Shown one piece after another: positions 49,759 through 61,686 of a DNA stretch of 64,000 bases. Source of the stretch: an uncultured Acidobacteriota bacterium (GTDB lineage: Bacteria > Acidobacteriota > Terriglobia > UBA7540); NCBI GenBank assembly GCA_963804995.1, contig CAWDSK010000006.1:1152001-1216000 (forward strand). The letters are read 5' to 3'. The translations under genes were made by a program, and so were the position numbers. Position 1 is the stretch's first letter, and each line of letters begins with the position of its first letter. A model generated the notes under the pieces. That model did not search any database, was not told where the DNA came from, and saw nothing but the letters and a program-made list of their open reading frames with translations.

Positions 49759-50550
49759 ATGCTACGCGCTCACAGGCTCATCGCAGTCGCGGTTCTGTGT
49801 GTCATTCCAGCGGTGGCTGCCGAGGACAAATTTTTCAACTCGAACGGAGTGAAGATTCGCTACACGGATCAGGGTTCCGGCGCGCCGGTGATCCTGATTC
49901 ACGGATTCACCGTCAACTTGGAGCATGAATGGGTGGAAACGGGCGTGCTCCCCAAACTCGCTGAACACCATCGCGTGATCGCGATCGACGTGCGCGGGCA
50001 CGGCAAGAGCGACAAGCCGCATGACCCAAGCGCCTACGGGCCTGAGATGGGAATGGACGTCATCCGCCTGATGAATTCCCTAGAAATCCCGCGTGCGCAC
50101 ATCATGGGTTACTCGATGGGTTCGATGATCACCGCCAAACTTCTCAGCGACCATCCGGAGCATTTCCTTACCGCCACGGTGGGAGGCGGCGCTGGATTCC
50201 GAACCCTAACACCGGAGTTCGCCAAGCTCCGCGCGGGATGGGAGGCGCAACTCGAGCGCGGTGAGATGACCGAGGGCTGGGCGGCTCTGCACAACGACCC
50301 ACTGGCGTTGCTCGCCGTAGTGAAAAGCATGCCGAGCCTGCAATGGGATGAGGCAAAAATGCGGCGCGTGCAGGTGCCCGTACTGGCGGTGGTCGGAAGC
50401 AATGACCCCTGGCTGGAAGGGGCGAGGGATCTTAAATCCGTGCTGCCCTCCGTGAAGCTCGTCGTCATCGAGGGAGCTACCCACGCTGGCGCGACGGGCG
50501 CGCTTTACCGGCCGGAATTCATCGCGGCCATCCGGGCTTTTCTCGATTAG
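49759..50550 (+). CDS. Secreted alpha/beta hydrolase
   Basis: LIHG, DVRGHGKS, GYSMG nucleophile elbow; GGAGG before ATG 49759. Confidence 0.92.
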   Translation: MLRAHRLIAVAVLCVIPAVAAEDKFFNSNGVKIRYTDQGSGAPVILIHGFTVNLEHEWVETGVLPKLAEHHRVIAIDVRGHGKSDKPHDPSAYGPEMGMDVIRLMNSLEIPRAHIMGYSMGSMITAKLLSDHPEHFLTATVGGGAGFRTLTPEFAKLRAGWEAQLERGEMTEGWAALHNDPLALLAVVKSMPSLQWDEAKMRRVQVPVLAVVGSNDPWLEGARDLKSVLPSVKLVVIEGATHAGATGALYRPEFIAAIRAFLD

Positions 50551-50563
50551 CTCAGCACTTGCT

Positions 50564-51178
50564 CTACTGCCCCAGGTAGGCGCGTACGAGGTAGGAGATT
50601 CCCATCACCAGCAGGAGGATGTTTGCGGCCAGGAAGAGGTGCTGCTTGAAGACTCTGTGCAACCCCGCGCCCCAGGCCATGAGGTAAGTCGAAACCACCG
50701 CCGCCCCATAATATCCCACCAGGCCGCCGACAAAGAACGGCACGATGTGTCCGTAGCCATGCACGCGACCTTCTGCCAGGATGGGCCCGGCGATGGTAAC
50801 CCAATAAATCCAAGTCCCCGGCGCGGCGACCTCTGAGAGCAAGGCAACGGAAACGCCCGCGGCCGTGTAAGTGGCAGAATTCGCCACTTCCTCCTTTGTC
50901 TTGCGGCGCAATTCCCACAGGGCGTGGCTGGCAAATCCAATCAGGACCAGGCCCCCCAAGTAAGCAACGTAGTGGACGATGCCCATGGGGATGAAACGGA
51001 AGAAGAATAGGGTCACGAACAGGAAGGCGGCGTCAACAAACAAGGGCGGCACAGTCAGCACGAAGATGGCGCGCCCCCACCGGCCCATTGCTACTTGGGT
51101 CAGCGCGATCATATGCAGAGGGTTGGGCAGCATCCCGCCCACCACCCCCATTCCGGCGCCGAGGATCAGCAGGTCCAT
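50564..51178 (-). CDS. LysE-family translocator-like membrane protein
   Basis: About 6 TM segments; N-terminal PNPLH..AL and internal P...IYW pattern. Confidence 0.7.
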   Translation of the reverse strand: MDLLILGAGMGVVGGMLPNPLHMIALTQVAMGRWGRAIFVLTVPPLFVDAAFLFVTLFFFRFIPMGIVHYVAYLGGLVLIGFASHALWELRRKTKEEVANSATYTAAGVSVALLSEVAAPGTWIYWVTIAGPILAEGRVHGYGHIVPFFVGGLVGYYGAAVVSTYLMAWGAGLHRVFKQHLFLAANILLLVMGISYLVRAYLGQ

Positions 51179-51664
51179 AAGAGCGACCCGCGATGTTATG
51201 CGGTTGAGCGTAGAATGTAAAGAGCCGCCATGCCGATTTGGCGGCAGAGAGGCTTGGAACCCGGACCGGGCTTTGCAAAAGTTACCGACACTTTAGCTCC
51301 CGCGCGGGGTTGTAGACCTTTGCTCGCGGATGGTGGTCCCTTTGCTGCATTGGAGAGAGTCAAAGCATTAGGTAAATCGGATCCGGGATTACGGGGACCA
51401 CGGTGGGGGTTTGAAAAACCGGAGGATCACGTAACCCAGGCTGCCTCCTCAAACGTCTATGAGGAAAGTTGACATTGTCCCGGGGAGAAAGTGCGCCGGG
51501 GGAACCCTCATGCAAGCGAATTCCGGCAACATCTCCGGGGGTTGAGGCCAAGGAAAAAATCCCCGCACTGACGTGTAATTCTGGCATCATTAAGGTTCAG
51601 TTTTCCCCAAGAGCACTGGTTGTCACAAGAAGCGGTACTAATCGTCTAAGGTCAGGAGCCGTGA

Positions 51665-52915
<1,251 letters not shown>

Positions 52916-53035
52916 CCATTGTCATGGCTTAACTCACTGAAATAGAATGACACGGAATGACACTCGCGCATCAAGCACAGTGTCAAGATTGTCCGGGAAG
53001 TAACACTTTGCGGTTGGCAACCGTTAATAGATCAG

Positions 53036-54229
53036 ATGTACAAATCCACCGATGGGCAGCACCCCCGGATCCTTATTTTGACCTTGCACCACGGGTCAAC
53101 TCACGTGCGGATTTCCCGCGCCCTCGAAAAAGCTCTTCTCCATTTGCGGCCAAACCTAAAAGTTGAAGTTGTGGATGCGCTGGCGCATTGCGCGCCATGG
53201 TTCCGGGCCTATTACAATTCGTATGAGCTTCCGCTGAAATACTGGCCAGGACTTTGGGATTACATCGAAAGCCACCAGTTTAGCGGCGAGACCAGCGGGC
53301 CGTGGTGGCTTTATCGATGGGGCGCCCGCCCGCTGTTCCGGTACATCGAGGCTTTCAAGCCTGACGTGGTCGCCGCCACCGAAGTCGGCCTCGGAGAGAT
53401 TGCCGTCATTCACAAGCGCCAAACGAAAGCTCGGTATTCTTTGGTGGGCATGGAGACTTTCGCCTATGAGCGCCCGTGGGCGCAGCCGGAGATTGACCTG
53501 TTCATATCCTACCCAGGGGAAGTCGCCGCGCAGATCAGAAGCCTGGGTGTGCGGCCGGAAAAGATCTTGGAATGCGGAGTCCCAGTGGATCCGGCGTTTG
53601 GCATGTGTTCCAATCGGTCCGCCCTGCGCGCGCGCCTCGGACTTCATGATGATCTACCCACGCTCCTGGTCAATTTTGGTGGGTCGGGAAAAGTCAAACC
53701 ACGCGAAGTGGTATCCGAACTCCAGAAAGTTCAGCAGCCCATCCAGGTGGTCTTCATCTCGCGGCGTGATGAAAGCCTTCGAAAAGAGCTTCTGCGACTT
53801 TCCGAAGACATGGCCCACGCGCATGTTCTGAGCTGGGTGGATAACATGCACGAGTGGATGGCGGCGGCGGACTTGCTCGTCAGTCGTGCCGGGGGCGGTA
53901 TCGTGGCGGAGTCGCTGAATTGCGGGTTGCCGATCCTGGTGTTCGACGCCCCTCCCGGCAACGAACGTCGCTTCTGCCAATTGATTGAAGAAAGTTGGCA
54001 TACAGGTTACTGGGTGAAGCAGCCCGGTGAGCTAGCCGCGCGAATAGAGCATCTGCTTCGACGAACGGACGATCTTGAGCGGCTCCGCAGCAACGCGCGC
54101 CAGCATGCTTACCCGGACGCCGCCCGCACCGCCGCGGAGGCCATTTTGCATCTGCGCAATGAGCCTGCGGACGAGGGCTCCAGCCCAAGCTGGACAAACC
54201 TTCCCACGATCGGCATAGAAAGCCGGTAG
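53036..54229 (+). CDS. GT28 / MGDG synthase (UgtP)-like glycosyltransferase, paralog 1
   Basis: HGSTH, FKPDVV.AT, GVPVDPAF, NFGGSG, WVDNM.EWM.AADLLV..AGG, PGNE. Confidence 0.85.
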   Translation: MYKSTDGQHPRILILTLHHGSTHVRISRALEKALLHLRPNLKVEVVDALAHCAPWFRAYYNSYELPLKYWPGLWDYIESHQFSGETSGPWWLYRWGARPLFRYIEAFKPDVVAATEVGLGEIAVIHKRQTKARYSLVGMETFAYERPWAQPEIDLFISYPGEVAAQIRSLGVRPEKILECGVPVDPAFGMCSNRSALRARLGLHDDLPTLLVNFGGSGKVKPREVVSELQKVQQPIQVVFISRRDESLRKELLRLSEDMAHAHVLSWVDNMHEWMAAADLLVSRAGGGIVAESLNCGLPILVFDAPPGNERRFCQLIEESWHTGYWVKQPGELAARIEHLLRRTDDLERLRSNARQHAYPDAARTAAEAILHLRNEPADEGSSPSWTNLPTIGIESR

Positions 54230-54858
54230 GGACCATTGCATTGCGGTTGGGTTGCGGGATGCGGCCCTGCCCCAGGGCTAGCCCGCAATTCTCACCACGG
54301 GCAAGCGAACCGAAGCTTGGAGTGCGGCGACTCGTCGCCGCTTTCCAACGCCGCGACTCGTCGCGGCGAATCACTCAGCGCTGACGAGTCAGCGGTAGAA
54401 AAAGCGGGAGCGAGCTCCCGCACTCCGAAATTTGCCTCCGCGCGCCCGGACAAGCTGTTCGATCGTGGCGGGCGCGGAAACCATCAGAAAGGGCCTTTAA
54501 CGACGGGGGTTAAACCCCGCCCTTCCAAAGCCGTGATGAGAAATGCGGGCTAGGTGCACAAAATTTGCTCCTCGGCAACCCCCTCACCAGCCTGCGGGCC
54601 GAAAGCTGAATCTTTGTAGCGCGGGTGTCCCCACCCGCGTCCCCAGCAATCGCGGGTGGGGACACCCGCGCTACAACCCGGCCGCCACGCTGCCGCAGGG
54701 CCCAGGTCTGCGATTCACTTTCAGCAGAGGCCTTCAGGAACGCATTGACCCTGAACCCGAACAACGTTAGGATGCGGGCGTTGATTTTGTTGATTGCTTC
54801 CGTGATATGGGCCGTGGGACCTTGTGCCCGCAGCAGCCACCTCTAATCAGTAGTTATC

Positions 54859-56025
54859 ATGACAGAGCCCGTCAGAGCTCAGCCACCCCGCACCCTCATC
54901 CTCACGGTGCGCCATGGATCAGCCCACGTGCGCATTTCCCAGGTCCTTCGACAGGCGCTTCTCGATTTGCGACCCGATCTCAAAGTTGACGTGGTGAATG
55001 TGCTCGCGCATTGCCGGGCGTGGTTCCGGGCTTACTACAATGCGTTTGAAATCCCCCTCAAGTATTGGCCCCGGCTCTGGGAGTACATCGAGAACCGGCA
55101 GCATCTCAGCGAATCCACAAGCCCCCAGTGGCTCTACCGGTGGGGAGCACAGCCACTCTTCCGGTTCATCGAATCGACCGACCCGGACGTTGTGGTTGCC
55201 ACTGAGGTGGGCTTGTGCGAGATCGCCGTCCTGCACAAGCGCCAGGCGAAAGCCCGCTATTCCTTGGTCGGTGTGGGGGTCCTCGACTTCGATCGGGCCT
55301 GGGCGCAGCCAGAGGTTGATCTGTTCACGTCGTTCCCGGGAGAAATCGCCGCCCAATTGAAAGGTCTGGGGGTACCACAGGAAAAAATCCTCGAGTGCGG
55401 AATGCCCGTGGATCCGGCATTTGGGCGGTGTCCCGACCTACCGACCTTACGCGATCGCCTGGGCCTCGACCGGGATATTCCCCTCCTGCTGGTTAATTTC
55501 GGGGGTACAGGAAAAATGAATCCCCGGCAGGTGGTTCCTGAACTCCGCAGGATTCAGCGGCCAGTCCAATTGGTTTTCATTTCCCGGCGTGATGAGAAGC
55601 TTCGCAGAGAACTTCTGCGTCTCACCGCAGGCATGCCGCACGTGCAGGTTCTCGGATGGGTAGACAACCTGCCGGAGTGGATGGCTGCGGCCGATTTGCT
55701 GGTGGGCCGGGCGGGCGGCTGCACCGTGGCGGAGGCTCTCAACTCCGGCTTACCGCTGCTCGTGTTCGGCGCTCCCCCCGGTGACGAACAACGCGCCTGC
55801 GAGTTGATTGAGAACAAATGGCAGACGGGCTATTGGGCGAAGCGCCCCCAGGACATCGCACCTCTGATTAACCGCATGCTCGCCCAGCCGGAAGAACTTG
55901 GCCGTCTGCGCTGTAACGCCAGGCGCCATGCCCACCCTGACGCCGCGCGTGACGCCGCAGAAGCAATCCTGATGCTCTGTGGACCGCCCCATGGTTCTCC
56001 CCTCGCAAAACACTCGTGTGGATAG
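54859..56025 (+). CDS. GT28 / MGDG synthase (UgtP)-like glycosyltransferase, paralog 2
   Basis: Colinear and closely similar to 53036..54229. Confidence 0.85.
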   Translation: MTEPVRAQPPRTLILTVRHGSAHVRISQVLRQALLDLRPDLKVDVVNVLAHCRAWFRAYYNAFEIPLKYWPRLWEYIENRQHLSESTSPQWLYRWGAQPLFRFIESTDPDVVVATEVGLCEIAVLHKRQAKARYSLVGVGVLDFDRAWAQPEVDLFTSFPGEIAAQLKGLGVPQEKILECGMPVDPAFGRCPDLPTLRDRLGLDRDIPLLLVNFGGTGKMNPRQVVPELRRIQRPVQLVFISRRDEKLRRELLRLTAGMPHVQVLGWVDNLPEWMAAADLLVGRAGGCTVAEALNSGLPLLVFGAPPGDEQRACELIENKWQTGYWAKRPQDIAPLINRMLAQPEELGRLRCNARRHAHPDAARDAAEAILMLCGPPHGSPLAKHSCG

Positions 56026-56089
56026 TAGGTGTTTTTTCCGGTAAACTGCGAATTCCTCACGGTAATCAATCTGGACAAGGAGACACCTC

Positions 56090-56920
56090 ATGCGGCAGGT
56101 CATACCTCTAATGGCAGTCGTCCTGGTTTTTGGTGCAAACCTTTCCCTCCGGGCGCAGTCGACAGCGCCGCCAGCGCAATCAACCGCTGCCACTCCCCAT
56201 CAACATGCGGGCATGGAGATGAGCGGGATGCAGCACGATCATATTTCCATGGGTAATGAGGAGAAAGGCGGCATTCCCCATTGGTCGGACGCTGAATGGT
56301 CGATATTCAATCATCGCGGGGCGGGCTGGTTCCTGTTATTCTGGGGTCTCACCGGTTTGATCGCGGGGCTGCAATGGCCGCGCCGGACGTGGTGGCGATT
56401 CGTACCGCCCCTCGTGCTCTTCGGTATGGTTGAGTTCCTTGTCCTCCGGAACGACCCCGAGGCCTGGCCGACCGGACCCATTGGCCTTTGGGCGAGCCTC
56501 AACGACCCCGAAGTCCTGCAACACCGCGTCTTTGTGCTGCTGCTTCTGGCCATGGCGATCGTCGAACTACTGCGCGCGGCCGACCGCTTGCCCCCGTTTT
56601 TCCAAAAGTATTCGCTGCCCGCGCTCGCCGTGTTCGGCGGGATCTACCTTTTCTTCCACAAACATGGCGGCGCCGAAATGGCCAACATGATGGAGCAGAT
56701 GAAGGATCCTGCGATGGGTGCGAGCCCGGGCATGCAACGGATGATGGCCTCGATGGATATGATCCGTCACGAGCACCTGTGGTTTTCGCTGATTGGATTC
56801 GGCCTCGCGGCGGCCAAACTCCTGGGAGATACGGGACGCCTCAAAGGGCGGTGGGGAGCGGTGCTGTGGTCGTTGTTCGCGATCGTTCTGGGAATATATA
56901 TGACCGGGTATACCGAGTGA
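56090..56920 (+). CDS. His/Met-rich integral membrane protein
   Basis: AGGAG RBS; signal peptide, HQHAGMEMSGMQHDH, several TM helices with His. Confidence 0.75.
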   Translation: MRQVIPLMAVVLVFGANLSLRAQSTAPPAQSTAATPHQHAGMEMSGMQHDHISMGNEEKGGIPHWSDAEWSIFNHRGAGWFLLFWGLTGLIAGLQWPRRTWWRFVPPLVLFGMVEFLVLRNDPEAWPTGPIGLWASLNDPEVLQHRVFVLLLLAMAIVELLRAADRLPPFFQKYSLPALAVFGGIYLFFHKHGGAEMANMMEQMKDPAMGASPGMQRMMASMDMIRHEHLWFSLIGFGLAAAKLLGDTGRLKGRWGAVLWSLFAIVLGIYMTGYTE

Positions 56921-56926
56921 CTCCCG

Positions 56927-57869
56927 CTAGACAAGCACCAGATTGGGATGATAGACGCTGCCTGAGACATGTCGGGCCACGGCGATCAGACGGCGCTCAG
57001 GATTGAGGATTTTGAGGAGGGTTGCGGCCGGCGAGGACCCCGGCGCTTCGCCACGGCCCGGACGCAGGGCCTGGGCAAGTTCAAACGTGCATCCATGCCG
57101 CACAGCAGCCTCCTCGCGGCCACGCACCATCAACTCAGGACAATTCGGCAAAAGGGCTTCCAACCGCACCAGGCAGGAATCCAGCTTTCCCTCTCTTGCA
57201 GCTCCCTCGAGGCGTTCCAGGGTGACGGCCTGGCTCTCCGTAAATTCCGCTACGGCGGTGCGCCGCAGACACGCTAGGTGCCCTCCACAGACCAGTTTCC
57301 GGCCCAAGTCGTGGGCAAGGGAACGAACGTATGTCCCGCCGGAGCACTCCACCGCGAATCGCACCTGTCCACCGTCCACCCCCTGGAGTTCCAGCGCGTA
57401 GATCTCAACTTCGACCGGCGTCAGGCTGAAAGGCTTGTGCTGGCGAGCCAGCTCGTAGGCGCGCACTCCACCCACGCGCTTGGCGGAATAGGGCGGCGGG
57501 GTTTGCATCAACCGGCCCGTGAATCCCTGGAAGATTCTTTCCAGAGCCCCCGCGTTCGAGTGAGACCGGCACGGCCTCCGAGGAGGGCTTTCCGGTGGCA
57601 TCGTAAGTGTCAGTCGAATAACCGAAGTGGATCTGGCCTTCGTACGCCTTGCGTGATTTCAGGTAAAACTGCGCGAACCGCGTGGCCTTCCCTACCGACA
57701 CCGGCAGCACGCCCGTCGCGAAGGGGTCGAGGGTTCCGAAGTGACCAACCTGCCGCGTGCCCAGGATTCTGCGGACGTGCGCCACGACGTCATGCGAAGT
57801 GAGGCCCGCAGGCTTGTCCATGACGAGCACGCCGGAGATTTCGGGATGGGTCGAGGCCGGATCACTCAT
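56927..57869 (-). CDS. truB: tRNA pseudouridine(55) synthase, split by an extra base in a G run at ~57547-57551
   Basis: DKPAGLTSHDVV and GHFGTLDPFATGVL in 57405..57869; QTPPPYSA and GGTYVRSLA.DLG in 56927..57601. Confidence 0.92.
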
Positions 57870-57894
57870 GGGTAAGGACGGGGACTGTTGCCTT

Positions 57895-58260
57895 TCACTC
57901 CGAAGGTGAGCTTTCCTTATGGATTTTCTGAAGGATCATTTCTATCTCTTCGCCCTCTTCGGTGCCGTGGTCCAGAACAAAAGTAAGCTCCGGAGCGCGC
58001 CGCAGCGCCAGCCGATGCCCGATTTCATGACGAATGAATGCCGCCGCTGAGGACAAACCTTCGATCGTCCCCTGTTGCTCCTCGGCGCTTCCGATCACGG
58101 AAACCAGCACTCGGGCATGATGAAGGTCCCCGCTCACTTCCACGCGCGTCACCGTGGCGAACCCGATGCGCGGATCCTTAAGTTCCCGGGTGAGCATTTC
58201 CGCCATCTCCACCCGAATCTGGTGACCCAGCCGCTCTGCCCGGCGTCCCGGTAAACTCAT
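57895..58260 (-). CDS. rbfA: Ribosome-binding factor A
   Basis: LKDPRIG, VEVSGDL.HARV, LRRAPELTF..D. Confidence 0.96.
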   Translation of the reverse strand: MSLPGRRAERLGHQIRVEMAEMLTRELKDPRIGFATVTRVEVSGDLHHARVLVSVIGSAEEQQGTIEGLSSAAAFIRHEIGHRLALRRAPELTFVLDHGTEEGEEIEMILQKIHKESSPSE

Positions 58261-58304
58261 GGGGTTCCCCTGTTACAAGTGCCAAGCAACCGAAAGACGA
58301 AAAA

Positions 58305-58360
58305 CGAAACTCGAAATTCGAAACTCGCCACGATTTTCGAGTTTCGATTTTCGAATTTCG
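58305..58360. repeat. Inverted heptamer arrays forming a hairpin; a second example at 58731-58787
   Basis: (CGAAANT)n facing (NTTTCGA)n across a short spacer. Confidence 0.85.
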
Positions 58361-58388
58361 GTCCTTGCAGGCCCGGTACCCGTCACTT

Positions 58389-58670
58389 CTAGAAAAACTC
58401 CAACGTGTGGTCAGCCACGTCGTCGCCCAGAACCTTTTCGGATTCCGCCAGCACCTGGCGAAAGACCGACTCGAGAAGAATCTGGCTATCGGAAATTGAC
58501 ACTACACCCAGCGTGGCGTGCTGCCAGACGTCCTCATGGTCAAGCTCCGCCACGGCCACGTTAAAACGCGCCCGAAGGCGGTCCCGCATTTTTCGCAGGA
58601 CCGCACGCTTTTCTTTAAGTGAGTGCGCGTAGGGGAGCTGGATTTCCAGGGTCAATACGCCAACCGGCAT
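58389..58670 (-). CDS. DUF503 (YlxP-like) protein
   Basis: AHSLKEKR.V...L..RFNVAVAE; conserved position between infB and rbfA. Confidence 0.93.
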   Translation of the reverse strand: MPVGVLTLEIQLPYAHSLKEKRAVLRKMRDRLRARFNVAVAELDHEDVWQHATLGVVSISDSQILLESVFRQVLAESEKVLGDDVADHTLEFF

Positions 58671-58808
58671 CAGTTCAGCCCCTCCGTCTGGAGGCCCGGG
58701 GTAGGGCGTCAGGATAAAGATGCGATAATTGAAATTCGAAACTCGAAATCCGGTCCCTCACTCACGAGTTTCGAATTTCGATTTTCGTCCTTTCTCTGGC
58801 CCCCAGCC

Positions 58809-61598
58809 TCACGCCATGGCAGGCTCGGCCACCCTCTCCTTCACGTAGGACTCAATCACGTCACCAACCTTAACGTCATTGTAGTTCTCGAGCGAAATCC
58901 CGCATTCCATTCCGGATTTCACTTCTGACACATCTTCCTTGAAGCGTCGCAGCGATCGGATCTTGCCCTCGTGCACCACCACGTTGTCGCGCAGCAGGCG
59001 GATCTGGGATTCGCGCGTGATCTTGCCATCCAGAATATAACATCCGGCGACAGTTCCAACCTTGGTTATACGGAAAGTATCGCGAACGTCGGCACGCCCG
59101 AGCGAGATCTCTTTGTACGTGATGGCCAGCAAGCCCACCATGGCTTTCTTGATTTCCTCGGTCACGTTGTAAATGATGGTGTGCAGTCGGATATCGACAC
59201 TTTCAAGCTGCGCTAGTTCCGTCGCTTTGCGTTCCGGCCGAACGTTGAAACCGATGATGACGGCATTGGAAGCCGAGGCCAACAGCACATCGGACTCCGT
59301 AATGGCTCCCGCCCCGGCATGGATCACCTTGATCTTCACTCTATCGGTACTCAGCTTGACCAAAGTCTCGGCGAGAACTTCCACCGAACCTTGCACATCA
59401 GCTTTGATGATAAGGGGTAGGTCTTTGACATCGCCGGCCGCCAGTTGCGCATGCAACTGTTCCAGCGTAAGGCGCGCGCTCTTGGCCATGGCCGCATCGC
59501 GCAGCTTCCCCTGCCGGTGCAAGGCGATCTGCCGCGCTTTGAAGGTATCCTCGATCACTTGCAGGCGATCGCCGGCCTGGGGCACATCCTCCAACCCCAG
59601 GACTTCTGCGGGGGTGGAAGGCGGAGCCTCCAGGATAGGCCGCCCGTGGTCGTCAAACAAGGCGCGCACCTTGCCGTAAATAGCCCCGACAATGAAGGAG
59701 TCTCCCACACGCAGGGTTCCATTTTGAATCAGCACGGTGGCGACCGGGCCGCGCCCACGGTCGAGTTTGGCTTCCAGCACCGTCCCAGAGGCCAGCCGCT
59801 GGGGATTCGCCTTGAGGGCTTGCATATCCGCCACCAACAAAATCATTTCGAGCAGCAGGTCCAGGTTCTTGCGTTGCTTGGCGGAAACCTCAACCGTCAC
59901 GGTCTGCCCACCCCACTCTTCTGGCATCAGATTGTGGTCCGCCAACTGGCGCTTGACACGTTCCGGCTGGGCTTCGGGCTTGTCGATCTTGTTTACGGCG
60001 ACGACAATGGGAACCTTTGCCGCCCGCGCGTGGTTGATGGCTTCGAGCGTTTGGGGCATGACGCCGTCATCCGCCGCCACCACCAGCACCACGACATCCG
60101 TGACCCGGGCGCCCCGCGCGCGCATCAAGGTAAAGGCCTCGTGACCGGGGGTGTCGATAAAAGTCACTTTGCGCCCCTGCCCTACGACCTGGTAAGCACC
60201 GATGCTCTGGGTAATGCCGCCCGCTTCGTGCGCAGCCACATTCGTTTCACGAAGCGCGTCCAGAAGGGAGGTCTTTCCGTGGTCAACGTGGCCCATGACG
60301 GTCACAACCGGGGCGCGCGGCTGAAGGTCCTCCGCCCGATCCGACTCCTCGACTTCCTGGAGGACTTCTTCCTCGTAAGTGACGATGGTGGCCTCTGCGC
60401 CAAAGCCCCGCGAGATTTCCACGGCCGTCTGGCCATCGAGCGTCTGGTTAATGGTAGCGAAAATACCCTTGTCCAGGAGGCGCTTGATGACGTCTTTGGC
60501 GCGCGCCTCGAGCTTTTCGGAAAGCTCTTTGATCGCGATTCCTTCGCTGATCTGGATTTTCCGCGTGATGGGGACTTCCTCCGGAACCACCGGCCGGGGT
60601 GGCGCATAAGAGGGCGTCGAAGGACTTCGCCGCATCAGGGGCGGCGCCGGTCTGCCGGAAGGCGGCCGCACGGCGGGAACCCCTCCCATCGCCACCACGC
60701 CAGGCGCACCCGTGGGGCGAGCTGAGGTGGGATGCATGGGCCGCGGCTCACCGGGGCGCCGCGATGGCAGAGGCCGCGCCGGAGCGGGTTTCGGCATCAC
60801 CGCCTGAGGATAGATTGGCTGATTCGAAGTAGGATCGGCATGCCGCAGCGATCGCACCGGGCGCATCGACTTCAGATGAGGAGCCGCGGGAGTTATGGTA
60901 AGAGGCACCTCAGGAGCCTTGGCCAGCAGAGCGGGCTCAGCTCCGCCGCTTGCACGGGCAACAGGAGCAGTGGGCGCTACACCCCCGCCTTTCAACGGCA
61001 TGCCTGGCACCAAAGGCCGTCCCGGCGTTGGCCGGACAGCCGGCGGTACGGCCAGGGGTGGCGCCATTCGTTTCACAACGGCGGGAGCAACCGCGGCCGG
61101 TGGCGGCGTGGCTACAACCGGTAGCGCCACGGGTTGGGGCTTTTCCACGGGCCGCTCCACAGGGGGCGCCTTCGGCGCCACTGGCGCACTCACAGGTCCA
61201 GTGGCAGCGGGTGGCGCGACAAGGGGACGCGGCGCAGGGGGCGGCGAGGGAGGTACAACCGCTTTGCGAGCCGCCGCCTTGATCTCAGCAATCGAACGGG
61301 TGAGCGGATGAAGGTCCGGCTTGAGCTCGTGCAGTTTCTTCAGATCCAATATAGGATGCACATCCGGAGTTTCCACTGGGTGGGCAGGAGGTTCAGAAGC
61401 GGCAGGTATCTCCGCAACTTTTTCGGCAGGCGCTCCGTCGGCGCGAAAATGTGCCCGGATCTTGTCGGCAAGATCGTCTTCAAGCGCGCTGGAATGCGAC
61501 CGTTTTTCCTGGATGCCTATTTCCAATAGGTACTCCAGGACCACGTTGCTCTTCACTTCCAGCTCACGAGCCAGTTCGTTGATCCTAATCTTCCCCAT
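58809..61598 (-). CDS. infB: Translation initiation factor IF-2
   Basis: [11 protein letters not shown]-terminus; [33 protein letters not shown]. Confidence 0.98.
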   Translation of the reverse strand: MGKIRINELARELEVKSNVVLEYLLEIGIQEKRSHSSALEDDLADKIRAHFRADGAPAEKVAEIPAASEPPAHPVETPDVHPILDLKKLHELKPDLHPLTRSIAEIKAAARKAVVPPSPPPAPRPLVAPPAATGPVSAPVAPKAPPVERPVEKPQPVALPVVATPPPAAVAPAVVKRMAPPLAVPPAVRPTPGRPLVPGMPLKGGGVAPTAPVARASGGAEPALLAKAPEVPLTITPAAPHLKSMRPVRSLRHADPTSNQPIYPQAVMPKPAPARPLPSRRPGEPRPMHPTSARPTGAPGVVAMGGVPAVRPPSGRPAPPLMRRSPSTPSYAPPRPVVPEEVPITRKIQISEGIAIKELSEKLEARAKDVIKRLLDKGIFATINQTLDGQTAVEISRGFGAEATIVTYEEEVLQEVEESDRAEDLQPRAPVVTVMGHVDHGKTSLLDALRETNVAAHEAGGITQSIGAYQVVGQGRKVTFIDTPGHEAFTLMRARGARVTDVVVLVVAADDGVMPQTLEAINHARAAKVPIVVAVNKIDKPEAQPERVKRQLADHNLMPEEWGGQTVTVEVSAKQRKNLDLLLEMILLVADMQALKANPQRLASGTVLEAKLDRGRGPVATVLIQNGTLRVGDSFIVGAIYGKVRALFDDHGRPILEAPPSTPAEVLGLEDVPQAGDRLQVIEDTFKARQIALHRQGKLRDAAMAKSARLTLEQLHAQLAAGDVKDLPLIIKADVQGSVEVLAETLVKLSTDRVKIKVIHAGAGAITESDVLLASASNAVIIGFNVRPERKATELAQLESVDIRLHTIIYNVTEEIKKAMVGLLAITYKEISLGRADVRDTFRITKVGTVAGCYILDGKITRESQIRLLRDNVVVHEGKIRSLRRFKEDVSEVKSGMECGISLENYNDVKVGDVIESYVKERVAEPAMA

Positions 61599-61686
61599 GC
61601 TTGGTTCTTTTTCTCCCTTACGTCTGCCCAATCACTCGATGGCAAAAATCTGCGGGCCGGTTCTAGCAAAGCCTAGCAGCCTTATT

